Source of the DNA: Pavona decussata
Taxonomy: Eukaryota
Length of the DNA: 64,000 nucleotides
Reading direction: 5' to 3'
NCBI GenBank assembly: GCA_977016875.1
Contig: CDRNST010000124.1
Coordinates: 496,001 to 560,000 of the forward strand
How positions within the stretch are numbered: the first letter of the stretch is position 1; every line of letters starts with the position of its first letter. The notes beneath the pieces were generated by a model that was given only the letters and a program-made list of their open reading frames with translations, did not search any database and was not told where the DNA came from. Below are positions 51,001 through 62,665 of the stretch, in pieces. The translations under genes and the position numbers were made by a program.

Positions 51001-51522
51001 AGTACACCCCAAGAGTTTAAAATAAACTTACTTATAGCAATTTTGATCAGGAACTTTACATTCAGTAGCGACAACAAGTTTCCTAACTAACTCCGAATAA
51101 GGAAAAGGAGGTGCTTCAAGGTCTTTGACTTTTGCTCGATTAACCTTATTTCATTCACCAATCATTCACTGGGAGACCACAAAAATAATTAGGAACAACT
51201 GGACAATGCATAAAGAAAATAATGATAACTACCACTCCATTTTTGTGCCATTTTGAACGTGTTTCCTGCGCTGATGTAAAGCTCTGCCGCTTCCTCCAAC
51301 TTTGATGCTCCCCTGAAATCACGAAAAAAAATTCCTTTGCATTCTAAATTGGCATAAAATCTCTCTGTCCACGCAATCATCTGTTATGATCGTCGAACAA
51401 CACGGTAGTTTCCACAAACTCACTGGCACCCACCCAAACATTCCGCCAAAAAATCCCTGAGACGATTTCACTTTCTTCTCCGCCTGAGCTACAAGTTCAA
51501 TTGCTTTCTCCTCCTGAGACAT
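41034..51522 (-). CDS. NAPA: Alpha-soluble NSF attachment protein (alpha-SNAP), 291 aa. Exons 51522-51434, 51312-51233, 47474-47358, 46640-46594, 45101-45024, 43766-43711, 43161-43077, 42913-42740, 41782-41732, 41132-41034
   Basis: [67 protein letters not shown] and [26 protein letters not shown]. All introns are GT-AG, and the total is 876 nt. Confidence 0.96.
42046..42136 (+). mobile_element. 5'-truncated tRNA-derived repeat (B box plus tail)
   Basis: GTTCGAATCCC B box followed by the hairpin AAGCCTGAATTTTTTTCAGGCTT and a tail; no A box. Confidence 0.65.
42570..42720 (+). mobile_element. tRNA-like repeat (leader, A box, B box, tail)
   Basis: TAGCTCAGCGGTAGAGC A box; GTTTGACTCC B box; tail shared with 15360-15416; leader shared with 54940-54970 (reverse). 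Confidence 0.8.
43455..43582. repeat. Palindromic repeat (MITE-like)
   Basis: TTATTCCAC..TTGGATATGAGAT..ATAGCCA is mirrored by TGGCTATA..ATCTCACATCAAA..GTGGAATAA. Confidence 0.65.
45602..45695. repeat. Minisatellite, about 40-bp unit, 2.3 copies
   Basis: CATACTAATGAGGAGTGTTTTATCAGCTGATAAAA(A)CACTG repeated. Confidence 0.85.
45804..46050 (+). mobile_element. Full-length tRNA-derived SINE (V-domain-like)
   Basis: A box TGGCGCAGTGG; B box GGTTCTATTCC; central GGTTTTTCTCCGGGTACACCGGTTTTCC; AT-rich tail. Confidence 0.85.
47944..48029. repeat. (TAA)n microsatellite, about 28 units
   Basis: Directly visible; it abuts the 3' end of a minus-strand LINE fragment. Confidence 0.97.
48030..48410 (-). 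mobile_element. LINE 3' fragment whose tail is the adjacent microsatellite
   Basis: The minus strand gives [25 protein letters not shown] (ORF2 C-terminus-like), then a 3' UTR, then (TTA)n. Confidence 0.65.
49247..49871. mobile_element. TA-flanked Tc1/mariner-type MITE with internal AATAAGCGCCGC repeats
   Basis: TA|CTCTATTTACTCGAATAAGCGCC ... GGCACTTATTCAAGTAAATACCG|TA. Confidence 0.8.
50050..50614 (+). mobile_element. 5'-truncated L2/CR1-group LINE (ORF2 C-terminus, 3' UTR, tail)
   Basis: Open frame [57 protein letters not shown]; AATAAA followed by (TTA)n. Confidence 0.88.
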
Positions 51523-51839
51523 GATGTCCTAGATACCTTTTTAAATCACCCGTTTACAAGTTTTAAGTCATTTATGTACAACACTATGATTTCAATGACC
51601 ATTCACTTCTTCGTCTTTCGAGTTGACGTCACTCAGCTTCGAAATGAGGAGAGATTGGGGCCTAAGAATGTACTCCCAGCATCCACTTGGAGCGTTACAA
51701 ATTAAAGATGGCGGATGAAACAGCGCGGGAAAAGTGATCACGAGAGTTAGAAGATTTTCCACGGTAATCTACTTTCCATTAGCAAATCCAAGAGTAACAT
51801 CGAAAATATAAGGAATCTAGTTTAACTTGGCGAGTTAAA
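51523..51839. promoter_or_regulatory. Bidirectional promoter NAPA/NAA40
   Basis: Divergent start codons separated by 317 bp; CRE TGACGTCA 51624-51631; YY1-like AAGATGGCGG 51705-51714; E2F-like GCGGGAAA near 51725. Confidence 0.8.
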
Positions 51840-54800
51840 ATGGGGGTAAGTTGCGTTTTATTGGTGATAAATTGAGCTTTGATGTAACACTCGTGAAATG
51901 CATGTATATGTGCTTTGCCGCGCAGTTTTCCAAGTTTTGCATTTCCTCAAATGGAAATGATGTTTCGAAGAGGTTAAATTACGTGCTTGTTATGTTTTAT
52001 CCAACATAGAAAAAGTCGGGCAAAGGTAAAGAGAAAAAGCTTAAAAGGAAAGAGGTAGGCTTCAATTCAAGTCGCAGTATTTGTAAACGGTTCTTATCAT
52101 ATAAGCTTAACTATTATTATAAGCTCATATACATGCTTCAAAACTAAGCGGGGTATAAAGCTTAGCTTAAATTTTTTGTCTTCTTTTATTCTGGTATTAA
52201 CTTGTAGTAGGTCTGGTTAAGTTAAAACGGCTTAAGGGTGGTGCCTACTAATAAAGAAGTATTTTTGTGTGGTTTATGACTATGTGGTGAAAGTAGATCT
52301 TAGCAAGGGCTATTGAAATGATCCAAAAAGGAAAGTGGAGGTAACCACGTATTTTTTAGAGATAATCAGGTAACAATATTATTCTTAAAAACAGTAAAAT
52401 ATAAAGCAATGTATGGCGTTTTTTCCCCAAATTGAAGCTTTATCATCTCTGCATGCATAGTTACCCCAAATTTTCTTTTTGGATACCAAGAACACTTGCT
52501 AAGTTCTGCTTTCTCTGCATAGTTTTAAACCATGCAATAATATCCATGTATTAGTAGGTACCACCCATAGGAAACCCAAGTATCTAGAGATGCGCAGAAC
52601 ATATGCACAGTAACAAAAGTAGGCACCGTTCTTAATGTCAGTCAGAATACCTAGCTGTTCCAAAATAATTCCTATCCTAAACTAGTGGCTACGCAGCACT
52701 TGCCCTTCTTACCCTGTGTATCCACAAGTCAGGTAATCTGCAAAAGTTAACCCATCACTACACCACTTTACGCTATTGAAAGACCATGATCATGCACCAG
52801 TATGCCAAACAATTTGGACACCCATGCCATTTGGTGTAACCTACATAAAATACAGCCCAGTTAATATGAATATATCTTTTTCTTTAAGTATAAGAAAAGG
52901 TGACTGCATGTTTTTGGTAACCAGATTTTTCAAGGGTAGAGCTTGCCCCAAAGTGGCAGGCATTCTCCAATTATCCCAGTTAAGCTATAACTTGAGCAAG
53001 TCAATGTCAATATTTTTTCAGGAAATGGCCAAAGTCAGTGCTGCCCAAGCTGTTGTAGATGTTGCTAATGAGGTAATGGCAATTAAGTAACTGAAATATA
53101 ACCACCAACAGACAATAAAATATTTGATATTTGTATTAATAATTTTAATATGATGATTGTATTAACAACGTGATAAGTTTTGGCATCAATTGGAAACTCG
53201 GAAAAAAATCTAAGCACCAGATGGGATTTGAACCAACAACCCTCTGTGATCTAGTCGGATACTCTAAACACTGAGCTACTGGAAACTCCATGGTGAGCAA
53301 GGGTGAAATGTGGGTATTTGACTAGAACTGCATCATGCAGTCACATAGTCAAATCAATACAGGCCCATATGACTCATAACTTCATCACACAGTCACATCG
53401 AGGCATATCAGACAGGCACGTATGTCTTATAACTGCATCGTACAGTCACCTTAAGGCATATCAGAGATGCAACCATCCAACCCCCAAAGTGAGTCTTTGA
53501 ATGCTTCTGCCTTCCCACAGTCCAGACCCTTCACTGTCAATTGACACCCTGTACCATCTCTGTTTTGTCCAGTCCAACCTCCCCACTGTTCACTTATTGC
53601 ATTAATTACAATGTACTAACCACAAGTTACTAGACAAGTATAGCATCATAAGAAATTCGTCCGGTAAGTGGTAACTTTCATAACCTTATTAAAATTTCTC
53701 AGGGAAGCAACCTGCCTCAAGTTATTATTTTCGAAGAAGTGGTGATTTCTGGGTATCATTTTAGCATTATTACTTTGTCAACATTTGTTGGACATTGTGC
53801 TACATGTACAGTGAGCTTTGCAGCACTTAAACTGTTTTGTCATTGTTTACTTCTTCAGGTGAAAGATCCTCTGGCACCATTAACAGCTTTTAAAAGTTTC
53901 AATAGAAATGGGTGAGTAACCTGGGTATTTGTGAATTAAAAATGTGGCAGTATGCGATGTCATTTGCATTGCTTATAGTAAACTAGACAGTGAGGAATGG
54001 ATCAGATGTTAAGAGCTATAAGACAGTTAAATTTTGTTGAGCACTTTTATTTCAGTTGACTGGAAAAATGAAAATAACTGGAAATTTGTTACGACACAAT
54101 AGAACTGCAGATGAAGGCCAAACATCGTGTTCCGAACTCATTGTATGTACATGTAGACTGCAAAACAGTTGTTTTCGGACGTTTCTTGGAAGGCGGGAAG
54201 CACTGTAAGCGTGATCCTTGCATGTGAAGTGCTTGAGCCTCACACACTCTACGGACTTGTGACCCATTCTCCTTCGCTGTTTTTAGACTCGCTCCAGACC
54301 TTTCGTTCGAATATTGACTGTTGCTCGCGTTCTCAAAAAATACGACTGTTTTGCAGTCATGTTAAACCTACATTGGGAACATTTTGGAAGTAGTAGAGAG
54401 CTTTAGAATAACATTTACGCCAAATGGCAGAAATGACCTGGTGACCACGTTTACCCTATATTTGCTGCTCACTGTTTTCAGTTCCTCAGTAAAATTGAGT
54501 AGTTTGGCATAAGCATCAAAGGCCAAACTTATTTTGAATCTCACATTTACCGTTCGTTCACTGTAAATACTATTCTAAATCTCTCTAAATATGTCAGCCA
54601 GTGCACAGCATTTTGTTAGATTTGCATTGAAGTCAGGCATGTATAATAAAAATTACAGAAAAATTAATAGGCAGACGGTGTTGTTTGCAATTACTTATTT
54701 ATTATAGGTTGATGCTTCACCTGGTGTGCTTGCGGGTAACAGACTTAAGTAAAGAGGATGTGGACTGGGCTTTCGACCTCACAAAGCACAACATGCAACC

Positions 54801-56353
54801 ACTGTAAGCTGGGAAAATCATTATGAATGATAACAATAACTGAGAATGATGTATTAATCAGCAAATGACACGGGCATACTTGGAAAAAAATCTAACCTAA
54901 GACCTTCCGATTACTAGTTCAGATGCTCTACCCCTGAGCTACTGGAGACTCGTGGGAGCAAAGGCCATTAAACTAGGTTCATGTGACAAACATCCTGCAT
55001 ACTGCTAGGATTGGAATGTCAATGTGTGGCATACACGCAATGGAATGAATGTAATGGAGTATGCTAACAATAACAATAACCTTTAAATAACCTTGTTACA
55101 GTCAATCCATATTATGAGTGACCAGTATTTTTGAAATTTGAACAGAGTTTTGAAATTTACGTGTCAGTTTTGAACATCGCCAACAAGATTTCAGAGTTCC
55201 CGTAGGAATTTCCTTAGTTTATCGACGGTATAATTTTTTCAATTTATTAATTTTATATATATGCTGTACATAAAGAAAACAAAAGTGACGATAACAGGCC
55301 CTCGGGTAATACAAATGTAGTTACAATGAAGAAAGAAAATTAATATACATAATATTAATAATATAATAATAAAGTGGTGCGGTAGACTGAAAAGAAACTA
55401 TAAAGCTAAATCACGATTCAGCGTCCCCAATTAAGCTAAGCACTTATAAATCTTTTTATAAGTGTTTTATTTTAAGTAGATAAATACGCAGTTTTCTAGA
55501 CTAGGATGCAAGCCTTCTTGCTACCGTCAGCAGCAGGCAATGTTTAGATGTATGATTGGTGGCAAAATTGAAAACGGCTTAGAACGTGGTTTTGTTAAAC
55601 ACCATCTAAACTATCTTTTAATAACTGACCCAGGAAGTCTAGCATCCCTAACCACACTGCTACACTGCTTCCTTTAAGGACGATGACTTGTAATGCAGAC
55701 ATATTTTTTGTGTAGCTTTTGACTATGCAAAAAAGTCAGATCTTAGCAAAAGGTACATTGTATTGGAATCCATTAAGAAAATTGGGGTAGCCACGCCTTT
55801 AAGCAACGATAATTCTGAAAACCTTTAAAGTACAGTCGAACCTGTATATAACGGCCACCCTCGGGACTTGAGGAACTGGCCGCTTAATACAGGATCACTA
55901 AAAATACTCACTGGTTGTTGTCTAATGTCAATTTTAATGGTATATCATACAAAAACATTTCATGCAAGGAAACAATAGGACAATCAACACTCTTTCAAGA
56001 GATCAGTACTTCAGTTCAGTGCCAGCTTGTAACTTAATGGTATAATATACGTAACATTGTGTAAAAGCACTGTGCAATAAATTGTCCTCTACTCTTGTAC
56101 GGTGTACAGTACTGTATTTCTTACTCACTTACTTACGTGACTTGCAGTTCACAACAAAATATCTCACTCCGTCCTTTCATAGTTGTTACGATCGAAGTGG
56201 AGTTATAACGGTAATGTTTGCTAATTAAAAGTAACACAATATATAACAAAATTCTTTAAGTTAAAATAGGAATAGGGTAAGAATTACGTGTAATAAAGTG
56301 GCTAAAGCCGTTAAACAGTGCTTAATACACTTTTTAAGTGTAGAGCTTTGAAT

Positions 56354-56401
<48 letters not shown>

Positions 56402-59400
56402 GCTCACGCACTCAAGAATTACAGCGACTTAAACAAGTGGGACACATGCGTTTGGCACCTCGGAATTTGAAACTTTTGTTTGTAGAGCAAGTCGTTGACT
56501 GTCGGCACTCCCAGTGACAATTCCTGTCATCCATGGTACTGTGTATATGGCTTTTCCATTCAAGGGTGGCCGCTTAATACAGGTAAAAATAACAAAGAAA
56601 GACAAACATGGGACTGCTACAGGGTGGCCGCGGCCGCTTAATAGAGATGGCCGTCTAATACAGGTACCAAATACAGCATTTGTATGCGCGAAAAATCGGG
56701 ACTTTAAAAAGTGGCCGCTTAATAGAGGGTGGCCGCTTAATACAGGGCCGTTATATACAGGTTCGACTGTACATGACAATGGATGGAATTTTTTCCAAAT
56801 TGAAGCTTAAGGTAGTTATCTCTAAAAAAATACATGGTTACCAACCAATTTTCTTTTTGGAATTCAATAACCCTTGCTAAGATCTTACAGTACTTCCCCT
56901 CATAGTCATAAACCGCACAAAAATACCTTTGACTTAGAAGGCACTGTCCTTAAGAAATCAGAGTTACTTGGAACATCCTGATATGTTCCAACTAAGTAAA
57001 GAATTAATTTTGCAAGGTACATCTGTAGATCTGTATGGTTTTGTACATGTAAGTGAGCATCCCTCTCTTTGGTTCCTGAATAAGCCCCTCTTCCTCCCCC
57101 CTTTTCACAGATTACTAGTAAAAGTTATATTTTCTGGAGAATCAATTACTTTTTCAGTTTTATTTTTAACAATAATATGTATATCCCACTGACCAGTATT
57201 TTCCCTAACTGGGAAGAAGAAAAAATGTGCATCACATTTACTGGACTCTAATTTATTTTCAAACATTGACCATTATCCTTCAATCTGCAGTTATGAAGAC
57301 AGCACCTGGGGCTGGAGTGATAAAAAGAAGAGAGACGAAATGACAGAGGACAAAGCATGGTAACTATAGCCAGTGTATAGCCTAACCAAGTCCTCTATAA
57401 AAACAGAATTTCTTATAGTAAAGTAAAATAATAAATATAAGTTGATAATGCTCTTCTGTTACATTTTCCAAGCTGACTTGGACCATTTCTAATATTTAAA
57501 GTAATAATGATTTTATCGTAAATTTTGCCTTGAATCTGACACAGGTATCTGATAGCCAAAACTGAATCAGGAAAACCTGTAGGATTTTCACATTTTAGAT
57601 TTGACTTGGAGGAAGGAGATGAAGTGCTTTACTGGTAGGTTTGGGCATGTTTCCGTCACTGTTCCAAGGCTGCAAATGTCCTCTGGACTTTCAAGTTGCC
57701 ATTGTACTTGGACAAAATAAAAATTTGGTCAGCTGATAGACACAACATTATGATCAAATTTTCAAACATGTTTTGTTAAATGCAGCAGAACAGGCATTGT
57801 GTTGTTCCAGAAAATCCCCCCCCCCCCCCTCTTCCCACACACACACAAAAGGCTTTTTCATTTCAACCCCCTCCCCCAGTCCCTCTGAAAATTCCATTTT
57901 AGCCTCATACTTTCCTAAGAAATTTGCCTTTGCCACCTCCCCGTCCCCTTGCTTATGAGCCCTTACGGTTATTAGTCCCTTTCTGCTTTTCCTTATTTTC
58001 TTTTTAAGGCGGTGCCTCCCACAAATTGAAGTATTTTTGTACGGGTTTTGAGTATGAGGGAAAAGTAGATCTTAATAAGGGCTACAGAAATCCAGAAAGA
58101 AAACTGGGGTTAACCACACATCTTCCAAAGATGGTTAAGCAACAGTAATTCAAAAAACTTTAAAAATACAAATTACAGCTTAATTATGTCTGAGAAGTGT
58201 GTGGTTATTCCAAGCTTTCTTTTTGGAATCTAAGATCCTTTGTTAAGATCTGTTTTTTCTGCATAGTCATAAACCATAGGCACCGTCCCTAAGAAACCCA
58301 AGGTTTTCGATGTGCAGAATGTAAATTGTGCGCAGTAGCAAAAGGCAGCACTATCCTTAATATAAACACTTTCACAGAACACTGTTCAACTTCAGAAAGT
58401 TAAGAAAGTATAATACAAGTATATTTGTAGAATGCAGAACAATAAGTTTATGACAGTCTTGTCAAACACCATTCTTGTCAAATTACCATAACTCTAGCCC
58501 GCTAAATAGTTTACACAGCCTGTTACCTCCTTATCTTCTATCTAAGCATGAAGCCAAATACAATGCAAGAAGAAAGCGCATTTATAACCTATCACGCATG
58601 TGCACAGATCTTTACAAGTGCACATTCATTCCTGTGATGTGCATCCGTTCTAACAATGCCCTGGAAAAGAAATAAATTACTTGTAAATAATGGTTTTTCT
58701 TTTTTTCTTCTTAACAATGTAAGATATTTTATATATTTCATATTATTATCGATACTCTTGGATTTCATTACTATTATTATGTAAATTACCTTGATACCTT
58801 GTAAATTTTAGCGTAGTTTGTAATAATATCAGCCAATTGTAAATTTACGCAATTCAGTCACTTAGCTGCAATGTAAATTGATCTAATAAACCTATCTATC
58901 CATCTATCTACCAACTGTTCTATGTTTTTTGACACTACAGCTATGTTAGACTATGTTAGTCTCTGTATTCTCATCATCTCATAACATTTTGTCATCCCCT
59001 TGGATATATAAGCCACCCCTGCCCATTTAAATGCCCACCCAAACCCTCTGACAAAGTTTTATAAGTCCAGGGAAGCAGAATATTACAGTACAGTGTAAGA
59101 CATGCTAGTATTAATTTAGTCGTTTCTTACTCTCAGTTATGAAATCCAAGTGGAATCTGATACACGTGGGAGAGGCCTTGGAAAGTTCCTCATGCAGATT
59201 TTGGAGATGATGGCTCATAGGTTGGTCTTGAATAATTTGTCTTTACCTTTGTCTTCTTATAGTTCCTAAGTTAAAAGAATTACTGATTAAAAAAATGAGT
59301 ATATTAAACTAGAAGACAACAACTTTGTACAGCAACATAAACAGCACCACACTAATGTACTGCAGCACTAACTCAATAGCCTTCATTTGAATGGTCACAC

Positions 59401-61732
59401 TTAAGGATTTCATCCATAGGCCCAATAGTTAGAACCACTTTGTATGGTATAATGGAAAAATCAAACCTCTCATTCTTATTTTATCTCAAGAAGAGCCAGT
59501 TCCATAGATTGACCTCTAAGTTAGATACTCATGTTTTACATAAGTCGAAGTTTGACCATGAGAGTTAAAAAAAATGTATCTTCTGTTGTGTGGTTAAAAA
59601 ACACTATCCAAACTCCATACCTGACACCCCCCCCCCCCCCCCCTTACCCCACCCTGGCCACAAGATAGGTCACTGGGGAGAGGGGTGTCTATAAAGCCAA
59701 AGTTTTTAAAGAAAGTATGAGGCAAAATTGGAATTTCCAGATTGATTTTTTCTTGGCGGCGGGTGGGAGGGGGAGGTCGGGCAAAACAGGTAGATTAGGT
59801 GAACCTTCTGGTACCCATCTTCCATTTTTGTAACATGTAATATAATTATTTTGTGCTGTGAGCCAGCTATACTAGAACACACAGAAAAGTAATTGATTGC
59901 TTATAATCATGCATTCATTTCTCCTTTTTTAGAGCCCAGATGAAAAAAGTGATGCTGACTGTTTTTAAAAGTATGTTGCAAACTTGATTGTCTGTGGTTC
60001 TACTTCACTTTTCTTTTTATTTTGGCTCCCTTACCCTCATTAATACAAGTCAGAGAAATAATGGAGGCCTTTGGATTTTAGTGCCATAAATTTACCAACT
60101 TTAATAAGACCAGCCACGCAATTCTTATATTATCCCTTGTAAACAGGCTCTGACGAGCTAAAAGAACTTAGTTTACATACCTTTGTGAAAAGAATCACTA
60201 GTCATCATGGTAAAATATATTAAAAAATAAAACTTACCCTCATTAATACAAGTCAGAGAAATAATGGAGGCCTTTGGATTTTAGTGTCATAAATTTACCA
60301 ATTTTAATAAGACCAGCCACGCAATTCCTATATTATCCCTTGTAAACAGGCTCTGACGAGCCAAAAGAACTTAGTTTACATACCTTTGTGAAAAGAATCA
60401 CTAGTCATCATGGTAAAATATATTAAAAAATAAAATAATTGTTTGTCTCACACTGTAGTCAGTAAAGATGTAGATCCCAACATTCCAACTGCTTCCTGCT
60501 AATCTTCATCAGGTGATGACCAATCACAGCCGACCTTCATGATGTAAATACTGAAGCATGATCAGTCGACTCAAGTGACAACATCATTCACAAATTTTAT
60601 TATTCCACTATTATGTCATTTCACCAAATAAGGTTTAGAGAACGTGAAAAAAACAAGACCGTAATACACTGTAGTGTCCCGGTTTGACCGGTTTGCAACA
60701 GAGCGAATACGGGCAACGACATTTCACTGGCTTTCTGTGTTGTTTACATCATTCGCACGCGCCATATACTGATAGACAGCTGGATGGACAGATAATGCTG
60801 GGTGTATTTCAACACTCTTACCAGAAAAGAGAAACCAAAATAACAAAATCTTTTCATAGTGGAATAATAAATCTCTTATTCAATGGTTTTACATATAATA
60901 TGTGAAGACATTTTGCTCATTGCTCGTATACTCTGCAACTCTCAAAATATCCTCTCGTATTATATGTAAAACCATCCAATAAGATGTAGTTAATTCATAG
61001 TTTTGTTTTACCTCAGCTTTTTGGCTGCCTTTTTTCTTTTATATTCATTGAAAAAATATATATATATATTTGAATGAGAAATATATTCTCTGTGTAATGT
61101 TGTTGGAATTTTGATGAGGCTTATTATTTACTGTTTTTGTCTTTTTTGTTGTTGTTTTTTTATTGTTTCTTTTTTTCAGAAAATGAGAGAGCTATCAACT
61201 TCTTTAGCAAAATTATGAAGTAAGTTGATGAGAGAAATCTTATTTTTTGACCAACATTTTCTTTTAACAACCTTTTACTTGTGAGAGGATTTTGTAACAG
61301 GACTCTCTTTGGAGTCTATGAAACAGTAGCTCAGACAACGCTCAACATTTCAGATTCTCATGTCGGAAAGTCGAGTCTACAAAAAATAGCAAACTTCGGC
61401 AATTATCCGGGAGATTACAGACATAAATCTGGAGACCGCGAGATACGGTTCAAAATCTGGAGTCCAGTTGACAGCCCTGTTATCATAGAATAAGGTTAAA
61501 TTGTAATTTGAAGCTAATTTTCCATCATTGCAGTGACTAGTTGGATAGAGTATACACAAGGTTAAAACAATGAAATTTTGTTTTTTAAAGGTTCCAAACA
61601 GATGAGACGTCTCCAGCCATCTGGGATCCAATGAATCCTGAAGATTATTGTTATGACATCCTGAGTAAACCACTCTCAAGAAAAACTGCTGCAACAACTG
61701 GAACAGACAGCAAGGAATTGACATCTGATTAG
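51840..61732 (+). CDS. NAA40: N-alpha-acetyltransferase 40 (NatD, histone H4/H2A N-terminal acetyltransferase), 237 aa. Exons 51840-51845, 52010-52054, 53022-53072, 53859-53911, 54708-54803, 57291-57359, 57545-57634, 59137-59220, 59933-59970, 61180-61219, 61591-61732
   Basis: [109 protein letters not shown] introns, 714 nt in frame. The ORF track mostly misses it because the exons are short. Confidence 0.94.
52236..52631 (+). mobile_element. TTAA-family (Kolobok-like) MITE, uninterrupted
   Basis: TTAA|GGGTGGTGCCTACT ... AGTAGGCACCGTTC|TTAA. Confidence 0.85.
53170..53470 (-). mobile_element. tRNA-like repeat with internal A/B boxes and an upstream leader (sister family)
   Basis: The minus strand reads GAGTTTCCAGTAGCTCAGTGTTTAGAG..GGTTCAAATCCC..GATTTTTTTCCGAG; the leader contains a duplicated CAGTCAC..AGGCATATCAGA unit. 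Confidence 0.65.
54154..54358. mobile_element. TAG-ended MITE, right terminus damaged
   Basis: TAGACTGCAAAACAG / CTGTTTTGCAGTC; no clean TSD. Confidence 0.7.
54394..54587. mobile_element. MITE with TAGAGAG..CTCTCTA ends
   Basis: TAGAGAGCTTTAGAATA / TATTCTAAATCTCTCTA; same core as 40162. Confidence 0.75.
54841..55057 (-). mobile_element. tRNA-like repeat, nearly one full permuted unit
   Basis: About 110-nt leader, then TCTCCAGTAGCTCAGGGGTAGAGC, then the tail shared with the 15375 and 42680 copies; B-box region deleted. Confidence 0.8.
55678..56949. mobile_element. TTAA-family (Kolobok-like) MITE interrupted by a mariner-type element
   Basis: TTAA|GGACGATG ... GGCACTGTCC|TTAA; the host is continuous across the insertion. 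Confidence 0.75.
55833..56769. mobile_element. Young non-autonomous Tc1/mariner (pogo/Tigger-like) element
   Basis: Perfect 24-bp TIRs CAGTCGAACCTGTATATAACGGCC; TA TSD; subterminal GGCCGCTTAATA repeats. Confidence 0.9.
58008..58356 (+). mobile_element. Diverged TTAA-family (Kolobok-like) MITE
   Basis: TTAA|GGCGGTGCCT ... GCACTATCC|TTAA. Confidence 0.7.
58470..58911 (+). mobile_element. Decayed LINE 3' end
   Basis: [26 protein letters not shown] resembles a CR1/L2-group ORF2 end; AATAAA followed by a (CTAT)n tail. Confidence 0.6.
60030..60435. repeat. Recent tandem duplication, 203 bp x 2
   Basis: 60030-60232 and 60233-60435 differ at only 4 positions by eye, all C/T. Confidence 0.95.
60872..60984. 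repeat. Palindromic repeat (MITE-like)
   Basis: CTTATTCAATGGTTTTACATATAATA..ATTTTG / CAAAAT..TATTATATGTAAAACCATCCAATAAG. Confidence 0.7.
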
Positions 61733-62380
61733 ATACTAGCGTCCCATCTGTCGAGTGTGATAACACTCTTGAAGGGAGCTATCTTAGGCTTCATTTACAC
61801 TGGTAAAACATGGATAAACTGCACAGTGCCTTCAACTTGATAAGTAAGAATTGATAAATGAAGCACTGGAACATGAAAAAAAAAACATTACTGTCTTCAG
61901 GGTACAATAAACTAGCACAGGTTTTTTTCCACGTTCCTAGCACTTTAACAATTCCTACTTTTACTTATTTCGTTTACACTGGACCAGATATGTTAGAACC
62001 CCTTTGCCATGGTGGCAGCCCTGCAATCAGTTTGGTTTATTTACATGCACGTTTTCTACTGGTACAATGTGAACATAGCTTTGATGTTGTAGTCTGGTGA
62101 AGTTACCATCCACCAGTAAAACCAATAAAACCAGTAGGGAATACATTTTTTTTTTTTTTTCATTTTGTTATTTTTGCCAACTTCTGCATGTTTGAGCAAT
62201 TTCAACCGCCGCGGCTAGGATTGAGTTAGAATAACGTATTCAGAAGGAAAAGACATTTGGCCTTGGCTACACATTATTTGCAAAATCAAGGTTCAAATGA
62301 TGTAGAACTGTAAAAACACGGCAATTCGATTCGCTTATAGTAACAGTAATGTATTGACATGGACCATGGTGTTAGTACCA

Positions 62381-62665
62381 TGGAGCGGTTTTCAATTGAG
62401 TGTCGAAAGTTAGTTCGCGTTTGCTTTGGTTTTGCATTGCTACGCTCCGGGATTGGTTAACAAAACTCGCGCCACTTTCTCAACCAATGGTAATCCAAAC
62501 CAAAACCAATCGTGTTTTGGCCGCACGCGTTTTCCCGCGCTTGGCGCCAGTTACATGTATTTGCTTCGAATTCTGATTGGTTCATTGTGCTGTTTACATC
62601 TGTTGTGATTAGCCAGAGTAATTACTTTGGTTTTGGTTTTACGACACTCGACTGGAAACGCTCTA
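62381..62665. mobile_element. MITE, same family as 40609-40940
   Basis: GAGCGGTTTTCAATTGAGTGTCG / CGACACTCGACTGGAAACGCTCTA. Confidence 0.8.

Noticed and set aside
56429-56880. ORFs inside the mariner-type element as a transposase
   Set aside because: No DDE or HTH motifs; the frames run through subterminal repeats.
60145-60175. Hammerhead ribozyme cores (CTGACGAG here; CTGATGAG at 48627; CTGAAGAG at 44596)
   Set aside because: None is followed by a stem II and GAAA core with pairing stems.
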